From a virus (lineage: Duplodnaviria > Caudoviricetes): a DNA stretch of 64,000 bases. The position numbers were made by a program, and so were the translations under genes. The notes under the pieces are model-generated. The model was not told the origin of the DNA. It worked only from the letters and a program-made list of their open reading frames with translations, and searched no databases. The DNA is taken from the IMG/VR virus record IMGVR_UViG_3300043120_000090, positions 21,956 to 85,955 of that record. The stretch is one strand, 5' to 3'. Below are positions 1-9,771 of the stretch, piece after piece. Within the stretch, counting starts at the first letter, position 1, and each line of letters starts with the position of its first letter.

Positions 1-716
1 TGCATTCCCTTAGAATTTTTAGTCTCAGTAATTTTACTATTAACACCCATAGTCATCAGCATTAATTGAATATCTTTTAAGAACCCTAGATTTATACTAG
101 CTGCGGTAATCTGCTCATTAGTACCGTTTCTATAGATACAACCATCTCCATCTAAGTATCCCGCTAACCACTTTAATCTAGAGTCTATAGTATAGGATGC
201 ATCTGGTACAAAAAATTTATCTTTTAAATCTTTTGTATGCAAATATATTCTATTGTATTTATCTTGATAAATTATACTATAATACTCGGCTGTAAATTTA
301 TCTAAAAGACTTTTTTTGTCTCCATATAAGTATATACGTTGATGATTACCAGAACTTATATAACAACCATCTGCACTATAAAATCCATTATCATATGGAT
401 GTTTTAGCATCTTATCTCCCTCAATTATAGGTAATTCAAATTTTATTAATTTGTCTCCTACTTTTAGGTCTTTAGCTGCTACGCGTTCAGGTTTACCTCT
501 ATAAGAGTTCTGAGTATAAAAATGATGTTCCATAGTACACTCTAGTTCCTGCCCACTATCGGTACAAACCTTTATTAAGGGTCTATTAATGCCTGTTTTA
601 TACACAGTGGTTTCTGAGAATTCTTCCCCATTCCATACATTAACCTTTTGCCCTTCTAAATCAGCTATTGGAAGGAAGCCCACATCTGTTAATACTAAAG
701 TCTCTGGTGCAACACA
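1..716 (-). mobile_element. Intein with LAGLIDADG homing endonuclease in NrdA (N-terminal part; C-terminus outside the window)
   Basis: After QSNL the frame reads CVAPETLVLTDVGFLPIADL (block A), ECTMEHHF (block B TxxH), GFYSADG and WLAGYLDGDG (LAGLIDADG motifs). Insertion is at the NrdA QSNL/C active-site motif. Confidence 0.92.
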
Positions 717-1148
717 AAGATTTGACTGCTTAACAGGAGCTACTACTGGGTCAAACATACCTTGTTCTGTACTATTATCTACATTATGTATGTAAATACG
801 TCCTGTTTGCGCTCTTTCAGTAGCTAAAGACGTAAATAACTCTATAGCTGGTATTGATTTCTTAGTTATATTAGGATCTTTTTCTAAAGACTCATATAAT
901 TCTTTAAAGGCATCTTGATCACTAAAGAAAAAGTCATATAAGTCTCCATCAGCAATATCTGGACTAAATAAAGTTATATTCTCACCATTAACTAAACGAT
1001 CATAAAATAGTTTATTAATTTGTACGCCATAATCCATATGACGGATTCTATTTTCATCTGTGCCACGATTATTTTTTAGAACCAATAAGTTCTCTACTTC
1101 TAGGTGCCATATTGGATAAAATAGAGTGGCAGCTCCACCACGTAATGC
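1..1148 (-). CDS. nrdA: Ribonucleotide reductase class Ia alpha subunit, exon 2 (runs off the left edge; contains intein)
   Basis: Manual translation from 1148: ALRGGAATLFYPIWHLEVENLLVLKNNRGTDENRIRHMDYGVQINKLFYDRL...TERAQTGRIYIHNVD...PVKQSNL, which continues exon 1 (..KSCSQG). Confidence 0.95.
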
Positions 1149-1487
1149 CGGTTGTAGTCAATGAAATTCGTTAATTTTCACCAGTTCTCTTATGAACTTC
1201 TTTATATTACTATAAAGCCTAGACTATATCATCATCCTATTAGGATGCGTACCATTTCGATTTAACTAGGATTTATTAGATTATTACTCTACACCTAGAC
1301 CACTTGGCTCTACTCTACTCCCTTCCATTATTATATGTGGTTTCGATAGTCGTTGAACTTTACCTTACTCCTTGATTTATATAGGAGTAGCAAGGTCTTA
1401 GCTGCTGATTGTCCTAAATATTAGGAGTTCCCAGCAATTAGATACGTTTTTCGATAAATATTACTATTTAAAGGGGCTATTATATTA
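1149..1487 (-). mobile_element. Group I intron (IA2-like, ORF-less, 339 nt) in nrdA
   Basis: Exon ends CAGGGT and intron ends ACAACCG (omega G); splicing restores SQG-ALRGGA. Core elements present: AATTGCTGGGAA (P), AATCAGCAG (Q), GTTCAACGACTA (R), GATGATATAGTC (S); IGS GCCC. Confidence 0.93.
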
Positions 1488-2366
1488 ACCCTGGCTACAT
1501 GATTTTACGGCAGTATAAAAGTGACGATAAAATGGTACTACTCCAGTATGTACTGCTGAGCCATTTCTGATTGAGGAACCTAAAGCACGGATAGCTCCAC
1601 CATTAATACCAATACCAGCTCGTTTAGATATATACTCCACAATAGCGGAAGAAGCAGCATTAATTGATTTTAATGAATCTCCAGATTCAATTAAACAACA
1701 AGAACTAAACTGTCTTGTAGGAGTTCTAACTCCTCCCATAATAGGTGTAGGTAAACTTAAACGTCCTTGAGATACTTCTTCATAAAAATCTATGATATAA
1801 TTTAGACGATCTTCTTCAGGCTCATTCTGGTGTAAACACATACCTATTAGCATAATTGCTATTTGCGGAGATTCTCTTAATTCTTTAGTTACACGATTTT
1901 GTACTAAGTATTTTTCTCTCCACTGCACAGTAGCTGCATATGAGTATTCTAAATCTTTATTATGATCTATATATTCATCTAATAGAGTTATTTCCTCCCA
2001 AGTATATTTCTTTAGTATCTCTGGATCATAATATCCTTCTTCTATATTAGATACTATTAAATTATACAATTTTGGAGGTTCATACATGCCATAAGCACAT
2101 TTTCTCATATCAAATATGTTTAGTCTAGCAGCTGGTGTTAAATACTCAGGTTCTACTTCAGTAGATAAATCAACTGCTGCTTTAATAAGTGCTTGATGAA
2201 TATCTTTAGTAGTAGGTAATGTATCTAATTTATAAGAGGCTGCCATAAGAATGGCTGAAGGATTAGCTTCTGTTCCTTCACATGCCCATTCAACTACTGT
2301 ATTAACTTTCTCTGGAGAGAATTTTTCTCTATATCCGCCTCTTTTTAAAACTTCTTTTATTTCCAA
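1488..2366 (-). CDS. nrdA: Ribonucleotide reductase alpha subunit, exon 1
   Basis: N-terminal ATP-cone (EVLKRGGYREKF), LPTPIMGGVRTPTRQFSSCCLI, AGIGINGGAIRALGS; TTG start with GAGGTG SD. Confidence 0.96.
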
Positions 2367-2375
2367 AATAACACC

Positions 2376-2459
2376 TCAAAAGCAATTAATCAAAGTAGAT
2401 AGTATAATCATCCAAAAACTTTCATTATAACTAATATACCATAAATTTAATTTGTTCAT
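2376..2459 (-). CDS. Small 27-aa ORF immediately upstream of nrdA (not in ORF track)
   Basis: MNKLNLWYISYNESFWMIILSTLINCF; AGGAG SD; its TGA overlaps the nrdA SD. Confidence 0.45.
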   Translation of the reverse strand: MNKLNLWYISYNESFWMIILSTLINCF

Positions 2460-2525
2460 ATTTTTCTCCTATTTATACTATTATAAAATTTTTAATAGTT
2501 ATTAGTAAATAATATTTTTAAAGAT

Positions 2526-2558
2526 AAAAATACCCTGAACTAAGTCAGGGTATTTATT
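2526..2558. terminator. Intrinsic terminator
   Basis: ATACCCTGA-ACTAAG-TCAGGGTAT stem flanked by A/T tracts, after ORF 2559-2795. Confidence 0.75.
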
Positions 2559-2795
2559 CTATATTAAATCATCTACTACTATGTGTGTAGCTACAAGACC
2601 TTTAATATTATTAGAGTTATTTAATTTACTTTTTCTTTCCCTAATTCTATTCTTTAAACTAAGAATATTAAATAACTCTGGAGTTAGAGAAGATTTAAAC
2701 ATTAAGATCTTACATTTATTCTTATTTTCCCATCTTTTAACTTTTTCGGATAAAGTTAATTGTTTTGGTACTGGAAATTTAATTATATCTGTCAT
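2559..2795 (-). CDS. Hypothetical protein
   Basis: 78-aa ORF translationally coupled to phoH. Confidence 0.6.
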   Translation of the reverse strand: MTDIIKFPVPKQLTLSEKVKRWENKNKCKILMFKSSLTPELFNILSLKNRIRERKSKLNNSNNIKGLVATHIVVDDLI

Positions 2796-3586
2796 TAATA
2801 TTGGATTCCTAATTCGGAGAATTTATCGTAGAAATATGCAGATTCATTACTACGAACTACATGTACCAGTTCACATAGTCTTATAGGACACTTACTTGGG
2901 TCATTATGTACTAGTTTTAATATAAGATTAATACCGCTAGGTACTTTTAAGTCTATTTGATTAACATCACCACAATATACAACTTTAGTATCTAAACCTT
3001 TACGTAGCATAGAAACTGCTATAGCTCTTTCTTCCATATTATTAACTTCATCTATGATTATAAAAGAGTTATTCCAAGTACGACCTCTAAGAAACATTAC
3101 CGGTAAAAATTCTATTTTACCTGCTTCAATAAGATTTTTTACTGTCTTCTCCCCTGCTACATATTCTAATCCATCTAATATAGGTATTAAGTAAGGTTTT
3201 AATTTATCATATATACCTCCAGGTAGAGCACCTATATCTGGGCCTAATGGTATATTAGGTCTGATTAAGATTATTCTTTCAATTGGAGAGGATGGATCTA
3301 ATAACATTTCCATAGCTTTTGCTGCTGCTAGGAAAGTTTTACCAGACCCAACAGTACCAAGAATAGCTGTAAAACTATGGTTATCTATAGCATTCAAAGC
3401 TCTTTTCTGTTGGTCATTTTTAGGTTTAACTAATCTAAACTTATCCTCCCTTTTTGGGTTAGGAAATTCGTAAACATTTTCATTAATACCACTATAAGTA
3501 GCTTGATTAATATATTTTTGACGTTTACTTATTCTAGATTGTCTTTTAGATTCTCGTCTCTCAAAGCGTCTTTGGTTACTTGACAT
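2795..3586 (-). CDS. phoH: PhoH-like ATPase
   Basis: GTVGSGKTFLA Walker A, LIRPNIPLGPDIGALPG, FLRGRTW, IIIDE, GDVNQIDL. Confidence 0.95.
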   Translation of the reverse strand: MSSNQRRFERRESKRQSRISKRQKYINQATYSGINENVYEFPNPKREDKFRLVKPKNDQQKRALNAIDNHSFTAILGTVGSGKTFLAAAKAMEMLLDPSSPIERIILIRPNIPLGPDIGALPGGIYDKLKPYLIPILDGLEYVAGEKTVKNLIEAGKIEFLPVMFLRGRTWNNSFIIIDEVNNMEERAIAVSMLRKGLDTKVVYCGDVNQIDLKVPSGINLILKLVHNDPSKCPIRLCELVHVVRSNESAYFYDKFSELGIQY

Positions 3587-3954
3587 TAAGCATCTCCGTT
3601 TAGTCGGTAGAGGAACTTTATTGTTCTTACCTTAACAACTATATAATGACATATTTTAAGCCTATATTCAAGATAATTTTTAAAGTTTATATCAATACAT
3701 TTAAAATCCTTTAAATTTTCGCCACCGCGCCTGAGACCATAATTTTATGCTATATACTAAAAGTTACATGTATGGTTGTATTACAACATAAAAATAATTC
3801 AAAATTAGGATTTTTTAACGCATAGCTTTCAGGTATCAAACCGTCTTACTTTTTAGAATTTTTGAAAGAATTTTTGAAAGCTAAAAAATTTATTTACAAT
3901 GTACTATATAAAATGATAAGATATATACCAAATGTAGGAGGTTTTTAATAATAT

Positions 3955-6726
3955 ATGTTTTCAATACTTAAAGGACATAAAGGTTACCATTTTAATGAAT
4001 TAATGGGGCAATGGGACTTTATTGAGAGAGATAGTTGGATATTTGCAAAAGTATTTAGATTAGATACAAAGGGTGAAATCATTTCAAGTCCAGCTATGCT
4101 ACCTAGTAAATTTGAGCTATATAAGGAAGTTAATCCTATTAATTTAGATGAGACTTATGAATTAGTAAAAGAATTAGCAACTAATCCTAATTTACTAGCT
4201 ATTAGGGGTTCTAAAACTATTAATTACGAACCATTTAAAAGAAATAAAGCTAATTTTAATACTAGTATAGCTAGTAATATAATAGTAATGGATATAGATA
4301 GTGTACCTTTAAATAGTAGACTAGAGAAATTAAATATTAAATCTTGGGCTGATTATATTATAGAATGTTTGTCACAAATAAACCCAGAAATATTTAATAT
4401 AGATATGGGATATATTGCTCATGCGTCAAGTTCTGCAGGTCTTAAGGAAAATATAAGGATGCACTTAGTACTGCAATCTGATAATCCAGTTAACCAAGCT
4501 CAATTAAAATATCTATTTAGTGAAGTTAATGCTAAAGCAAAAATAATGTTTCAGTTTGAAATAGCTGACTTAGCATTATATAGTCAAACACAACCGCATT
4601 TCTTTGCTGATCCATTATTTTATGACGGTATTTTAGACCCATTTAAAGATAGTTCTAGATTAGTATATCAGCCTGGAGAAGTGTGTAATATACCCACTAA
4701 TCTACCAGAGTTTGTATCTAAAAAGGCAGATGTAGTTAAAAATGATTTTTCATTATTTAATATGATTGATGGTAAAAGGTCTATACCTAAAGCAGTTCAA
4801 GAAGTAATTGAAGAGCTAAAAGATGCAGATGATGGTGTATATTTGAGAATTATGCCCAAACTATATCATAGAGCTTGGCAGAATGGTGTAAATATACCTT
4901 GGTTAGAAAAACAAATAAGACCTATACTAGAAGAATATATATACTATGCTGATAGAAAAGATAGAACTGTAGAGCAATATATGCATAATGGTAGATCTGA
5001 GGCTTTAAGGGCTTTCTTAGGAGAGGCTAGGAGATATGTACCTGCTATCATAGATGGGGTAGAAGTAGAAAAGATAAGTTCGTCCTCTAATGATGAAGAT
5101 ATTTATCTAAAAATTAGAGATTTACCACCAAAAGGTTCTATAACATTTATTAAAGCTAGTTTAGGTACTGGTAAAACTACCGCTGTTACTAACTGGTTAA
5201 AAGAAGGTAAAGTATCCGGTGGCTTTATGGCCATTACTAATACTAGGTCTTTAGTGTCTTCTAATGCAAAAAAATTTAGAGCTGGAGAATATAGTAATAC
5301 TATGGATATGTTAGAATTCTCTTGTGGTAGTTCTGACAGAATAAGTACTACTATTCATAGCTTACATAAGTTTGCAGCTTGTACTCACAGAATAAAATTC
5401 TTATTTATAGATGAGTGTGATGCAGTAATGAATGATCTTCTATTTAGTCCTCTAGTAAAAAAGAGACGAGAATGTATTAATACTCTATTTCAAATAATGA
5501 TGAGCGCAGATTACGTTATACTATCGGATGGTGATATAAGTGAAGAAACTGTTAGTGCTTATGGTAGCTTAATAGACTATAATAAACCAATTAACGCAAT
5601 TAGTCACCCTAGAAAGATGTTACATGATGCAATAGCTTATGAATTTGGAGATGAAGAATCTATTTGGGCAGCATTTAAATCTAGTATAGAATTAGGTGAT
5701 AAATGTATATTAGTTTCAGACTGTAGCCCAGATGATATTAATGAAAGATGCATGAGTATTAGACAACAAACAGGTAAGATTGTAAAAGAAATACATTCTG
5801 CTTCTACTGAAGATGAAGATATTAGAAGAATATTAGACTATACTAATGATGAACTAAAAAATCAAGGAATTGATGCATTAGCATGTAGCCCTTCAGTTAC
5901 TAGTGGTGTAGATTTTAATTATTTTGATAATGTTTTTGTCATTACTTTATCTAGTAATCAGACTCCTAATTTAAGATTTCAAGCACTTAGACGTGATAGA
6001 GGTGCTAAATTTATATTCTACTATACCTCACCAGATACTAAAGGATTCTCTGCTGGTTCTGATGAATACTTAGTACACGAAGGTTGGTTAGAAAAAGCTC
6101 AACAATTATTCGCTAAAAGAAGGGAAATAGAAAGTGTAAACTTTGAAAATACTTTTAGATATTATTTAATGGAACAAGGTTGTAAAATAAAGATAATTGA
6201 AGAAAAATGGGGCAATTTAGAAACAGATACAGATGCTTATTTAGCTCAGAAAGTATCTGCTATAATAGCTTCAACATCTTCTTATTGTCCACCTAGACAT
6301 AATGATGCGTGGGAAATTAAGCAAAATATTTTAAGATATTTTCATATCGATAGTACCAATGATATTACTATTGAAGATATATATAGATTCTTAAAGGATA
6401 AACCAGATAAAAAAGCTGAATTCTTTCATAAGTTATATCCTATATTTTGGCCTTCAATTAGTAAATGTACAAAAGGTTTTCAACCTTTTATAGATGCATT
6501 AAAACTTCATAAAAAAGAATTTTATTTAGCTACTGGATGTAATGCCAATCCTAGATTCTATAGAATGCAGTTAGTTAAAGCAGGTATTAAAGAACCTGGG
6601 GAATTTCTAAATATAATAGATTGGTATAGAACTTATTGTATGATAAATAATATTGATATACCAACTGAATTCTTAACTGATGAAGAAAAGAAAACATTAG
6701 GAGAAAGGAGATTAGAAATTGAGTAA
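3955..6726 (+). CDS. T5-like replication origin-binding protein (UL9-like SF2 helicase with N-terminal prim-pol-like domain)
   Basis: KASLGTGKT Walker A, FIDECD Walker B, SPSVTSGVDF, QALRRDR; size and position match T5 obp. Confidence 0.85.
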   Translation: MFSILKGHKGYHFNELMGQWDFIERDSWIFAKVFRLDTKGEIISSPAMLPSKFELYKEVNPINLDETYELVKELATNPNLLAIRGSKTINYEPFKRNKANFNTSIASNIIVMDIDSVPLNSRLEKLNIKSWADYIIECLSQINPEIFNIDMGYIAHASSSAGLKENIRMHLVLQSDNPVNQAQLKYLFSEVNAKAKIMFQFEIADLALYSQTQPHFFADPLFYDGILDPFKDSSRLVYQPGEVCNIPTNLPEFVSKKADVVKNDFSLFNMIDGKRSIPKAVQEVIEELKDADDGVYLRIMPKLYHRAWQNGVNIPWLEKQIRPILEEYIYYADRKDRTVEQYMHNGRSEALRAFLGEARRYVPAIIDGVEVEKISSSSNDEDIYLKIRDLPPKGSITFIKASLGTGKTTAVTNWLKEGKVSGGFMAITNTRSLVSSNAKKFRAGEYSNTMDMLEFSCGSSDRISTTIHSLHKFAACTHRIKFLFIDECDAVMNDLLFSPLVKKRRECINTLFQIMMSADYVILSDGDISEETVSAYGSLIDYNKPINAISHPRKMLHDAIAYEFGDEESIWAAFKSSIELGDKCILVSDCSPDDINERCMSIRQQTGKIVKEIHSASTEDEDIRRILDYTNDELKNQGIDALACSPSVTSGVDFNYFDNVFVITLSSNQTPNLRFQALRRDRGAKFIFYYTSPDTKGFSAGSDEYLVHEGWLEKAQQLFAKRREIESVNFENTFRYYLMEQGCKIKIIEEKWGNLETDTDAYLAQKVSAIIASTSSYCPPRHNDAWEIKQNILRYFHIDSTNDITIEDIYRFLKDKPDKKAEFFHKLYPIFWPSISKCTKGFQPFIDALKLHKKEFYLATGCNANPRFYRMQLVKAGIKEPGEFLNIIDWYRTYCMINNIDIPTEFLTDEEKKTLGERRLEIE

Positions 6727-7009
6727 ACCTTGGATAGTAGAGAGTAATACTAATAAAGCTAAGAAAAGGTTTAAGGATAAACCTTTTCTATATGAAAATA
6801 ATAATATTTATCAAACTAAAAGAACTAATAAAAAAGTAATATGTAGGGTAGTACCTGCAGATTTTATTTATGCACAAGAATTATTAGATATGCCTAAGGA
6901 AAATTATATTCTCCCTGAAGAAGTAGTTTTAAATAAATTAAAAGAGCTTCGTGCTACTATTTTTAGTATTGCTATATTTAATAATCAATTAATAAATTTT
7001 AAAGAATAA
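6719..7009 (+). CDS. Hypothetical protein
   Basis: 96-aa ORF overlapping the obp stop; T5 synteny. Confidence 0.7.
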   Translation: MSKPWIVESNTNKAKKRFKDKPFLYENNNIYQTKRTNKKVICRVVPADFIYAQELLDMPKENYILPEEVVLNKLKELRATIFSIAIFNNQLINFKE

Positions 7010-7033
7010 ACGAGTTAAACCTAATAAAAACTA

Positions 7034-7062
7034 TTTACTATTGACTAGAAATAGCCTATAAT
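7034..7062 (+). promoter_or_regulatory. Sigma70-type phage promoter
   Basis: TTTACT-N17-TATAAT with A-rich UP element. Confidence 0.8.
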
Positions 7063-7088
7063 ATAATAATAAATAGAAGGAGTGAGAA

Positions 7089-7334
7089 ATGAAAAATTTT
7101 GAAGAATTTTTGAAAGCAATGTATAATAATCATGTATCATTTTCATACTATAAAAATAATGGAGAACTGCGTCAAGCAACTGGCACATGCTTGCCAGAGT
7201 ATATGCCAGTGCCTAAAGGTACAGGATATGCTACCCCAGCAAGTAATCTACTTTACTTTGATTTTGAAGCAAAAGCAGTTAGATCCTGTAAAATTGATAA
7301 CTTACAAGATGACTGGAAAATATTAAATGAGTAA
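7089..7334 (+). CDS. Small SH3-fold/WYL-like phage protein
   Basis: VSFSYYKNNGELRQATGT...YFDFEAKAVRSCKIDNL pattern typical of this phage family. Confidence 0.7.
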   Translation: MKNFEEFLKAMYNNHVSFSYYKNNGELRQATGTCLPEYMPVPKGTGYATPASNLLYFDFEAKAVRSCKIDNLQDDWKILNE

Positions 7335-7517
7335 AGATACTGGTAAAGTGGCATCTAATGAACAACTAGAGTGCTATGCATGTGATCTTGAAGGACAGCA
7401 AGAGTAAAGTATTATAGTGGAAGAATTAATTGAGAAAATTTTTGAAGATCCTTTAAATTATGAAGAATTTATATGGGGTCAAGGTATTTCTATTATTATG
7501 TTTAAAGAGGATTAATA

Positions 7518-8216
7518 ATGGCTAGAATTTCAACAGTAGATATTTCTAAAGAACAGTACCAAGCAGCTATAAATCTACTAGAAGAAGGTGGTACTAAAAA
7601 AGCTGCTTGCGAAATTCTAGGAATTAATTATAATACTACCAGGCTAGGTAACCTATTAGAAGAATTTAAGAATAAAGAAGCGATCACCCAAGAACTAAGA
7701 CGTAAGAAAAGAGGAACTAGTGTTAGTAATGATGAATTACTTACTATGATTTCCATGTATTTCGAAGAAGAATCTATAGCTAATATTGCTGCTAGAACTC
7801 ATAGATCTGAGGCTTTAGTTAAAATTCAGCTAGAAAATTCTGGTGCGATGTTACGTAAATTTTCAGCTATAGATCCTCTTAATCCCCCAGAATTACCCGA
7901 ATTATGTATAAAAGAAGATTTCCAAATTGGAGAGATTGTCTGGGTAGCTGCATATAACTGCACTGGTGAAGTTAAAGGTGAAGCGAAAACTAAATTAGGT
8001 GAAAAAGCTTATAAAGTATATTTACTTGAATCAAGTATGCATAGGTATGTATACCAACCCTGGTATGATTTAGGCTCTTTAGACCACCTTAGAAATTTAG
8101 GATTAAAAGTGGAAACTATTCAATCTATTATGCCTATTGAAAAGAGACATGAATTACTACATGAAGCTCTACAAAAACTACGTAAAACTAAAGTACAAAG
8201 TAGAGGTGATGATTAA
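7518..8216 (+). CDS. D2: T5 D2-like protein
   Basis: N-terminal HTH (GGTKKAACEILGINYNTTRL), size and synteny with T5 D2. Confidence 0.8.
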   Translation: MARISTVDISKEQYQAAINLLEEGGTKKAACEILGINYNTTRLGNLLEEFKNKEAITQELRRKKRGTSVSNDELLTMISMYFEEESIANIAARTHRSEALVKIQLENSGAMLRKFSAIDPLNPPELPELCIKEDFQIGEIVWVAAYNCTGEVKGEAKTKLGEKAYKVYLLESSMHRYVYQPWYDLGSLDHLRNLGLKVETIQSIMPIEKRHELLHEALQKLRKTKVQSRGDD

Positions 8217-8410
8217 TGCAAGATAAGAAAGAAGAACAAATTAATACAGATGAAAGAAAAAATAGTATTATTCTTTTATTAGATATTTTAGAACATGCTA
8301 GGTTTTATAATTTAGAATTTGAGGCTTTTAATTCTGCCAATATTACAACAGCGGAATATAAAAAATTAGTTGATGAATTAGAAAGGGCTTTAGCAGATTG
8401 GGATGTTTGA
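8216..8410 (+). CDS. Hypothetical protein
   Basis: 64-aa ORF coupled to D2 (TAATG). Confidence 0.65.
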   Translation: MQDKKEEQINTDERKNSIILLLDILEHARFYNLEFEAFNSANITTAEYKKLVDELERALADWDV

Positions 8411-8437
8411 TTAAAAAATATCAAATTGAAAATTTTC

Positions 8438-8466
8438 TTTACTAAATTCTATAACAATAATATAAT
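8438..8466 (+). promoter_or_regulatory. Sigma70-type phage promoter for D3
   Basis: TTTACT-N17-TATAAT. Confidence 0.8.
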
Positions 8467-8524
8467 TTATTTAATCTCAATTGAGATTAAAATATTAACA
8501 AAATAACAAAGGATAAAATAAAAT

Positions 8525-8950
8525 ATGACAACTTTCGTTTGGACTGATGAATCTCGTAAATACGCTATTGATAATTACATTGAACGTATTAATGCTTTCG
8601 AGGAAGATCAACGACCTAATATGACTTCTGAAGTAGTTCAAGATATTGCTAAAGAATTAGGTTGTACTGTAAATGGGGTTAGATCTATTATTATGAAATA
8701 TACTGATGAAGATGGCAATTCTGTATATGTATCTAAATCTGCTTCGAAATCAACAAGTAAATCTAGTGCAAGTACTACATCTTCAGGTAAACGTCGTAGT
8801 AAAGCAGATTCACATAATGATCTAATTTCTACTATTAGTGCTTTGGTTGGTGAAGATAGTGTAGATTCTGAATTGATTAGTAAATTTACCGGAAAAGCAG
8901 CAGATTATATGACTGAAATTTTGGTAAAAGTACAAGAACAAATGTCTTAA
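8525..8950 (+). CDS. D3: T5 D3-like DNA-binding protein (A2 paralog)
   Basis: FVWTDE...DIAKELGCTVNGVRSII...SKFTGKAADY; synteny. Confidence 0.8.
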   Translation: MTTFVWTDESRKYAIDNYIERINAFEEDQRPNMTSEVVQDIAKELGCTVNGVRSIIMKYTDEDGNSVYVSKSASKSTSKSSASTTSSGKRRSKADSHNDLISTISALVGEDSVDSELISKFTGKAADYMTEILVKVQEQMS

Positions 8951-8959
8951 GGAGAGTTT

Positions 8960-9292
8960 ATGGAGTTAACTAAATTCCAAGATCTTATGGATACTTATAA
9001 CGTAGCATTTATCTATTATAAAACGTTAGAAGGTAAAACTACATTTGTAGTAGGTACTACCGATTTTGATGATCCATATATCCAAGGAAAAAAGCAAGAA
9101 AATATTACTAAATTTGGTTCACCATATCCACCTGTGGATAGTAATCAAGTTCTAATATTCTCTTATTCTAAAGATAAATTTAGAGTATTGAATCTTAGAA
9201 GTATTATTAATATTGCTTCTATGGAATCAGTTTTAAATGTTCCCACAAGACATACAAGATCTGGAAGATCTAGGCTACAGAATAATAGCTGA
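8960..9292 (+). CDS. Conserved T5-like hypothetical protein
   Basis: SD GGAG; synteny between D3 and the PC4-like gene. Confidence 0.7.
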   Translation: MELTKFQDLMDTYNVAFIYYKTLEGKTTFVVGTTDFDDPYIQGKKQENITKFGSPYPPVDSNQVLIFSYSKDKFRVLNLRSIINIASMESVLNVPTRHTRSGRSRLQNNS

Positions 9293-9563
9293 AAAAGATG
9301 ATAGGCAACTAAGACTAGCTGTATCAGAATTTAGAGGTGAATTATACATGTCGTTAAGGTGGTGGATACTTGATTTTGAGATGGAAAACTATTTTCCCAC
9401 TAAGGAAGGAGTAACAATTCCATATACAACTCCATGCATATCTAACCTATTAGCAGCTACTGTATTATTACTCAGTGAAGGTAATCAATTAGATACAATA
9501 ATTGAGAATATAAAATCACTAGATTACATAAAGCCAGTCAAACTTAATAAAAACCCTACCTAG
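9237..9563 (+). CDS. PC4/Whirly-like ssDNA-binding transcriptional coactivator-like protein
   Basis: LRLAVSEFRGELYMSLRWW...PTKEGVTIP, a PC4-fold pattern. Confidence 0.75.
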   Translation: MFPQDIQDLEDLGYRIIAEKDDRQLRLAVSEFRGELYMSLRWWILDFEMENYFPTKEGVTIPYTTPCISNLLAATVLLLSEGNQLDTIIENIKSLDYIKPVKLNKNPT

Positions 9564-9589
9564 TGTGGGGTTTTTCTTTATAAATCTTA

Positions 9590-9618
9590 TTTACAAATAG
9601 GTTATAATACATTATAAT
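9590..9618 (+). promoter_or_regulatory. Sigma70-type phage promoter for ligase A
   Basis: TTTACA-N17-TATAAT directly after a terminator (9549-9576). Confidence 0.75.
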
Positions 9619-9771
9619 ATGTCATATAAATATGAAAAACATATCCATTTAAATAAGTCTTATTACTTAATATATAAGAAATTTTTATGGAAATGGATAC
9701 CAACAGATAGATATTGCCTAACAGAACAAGAGGCACAGAACACGATAATGAAATTAAACAGGAAATAATTA

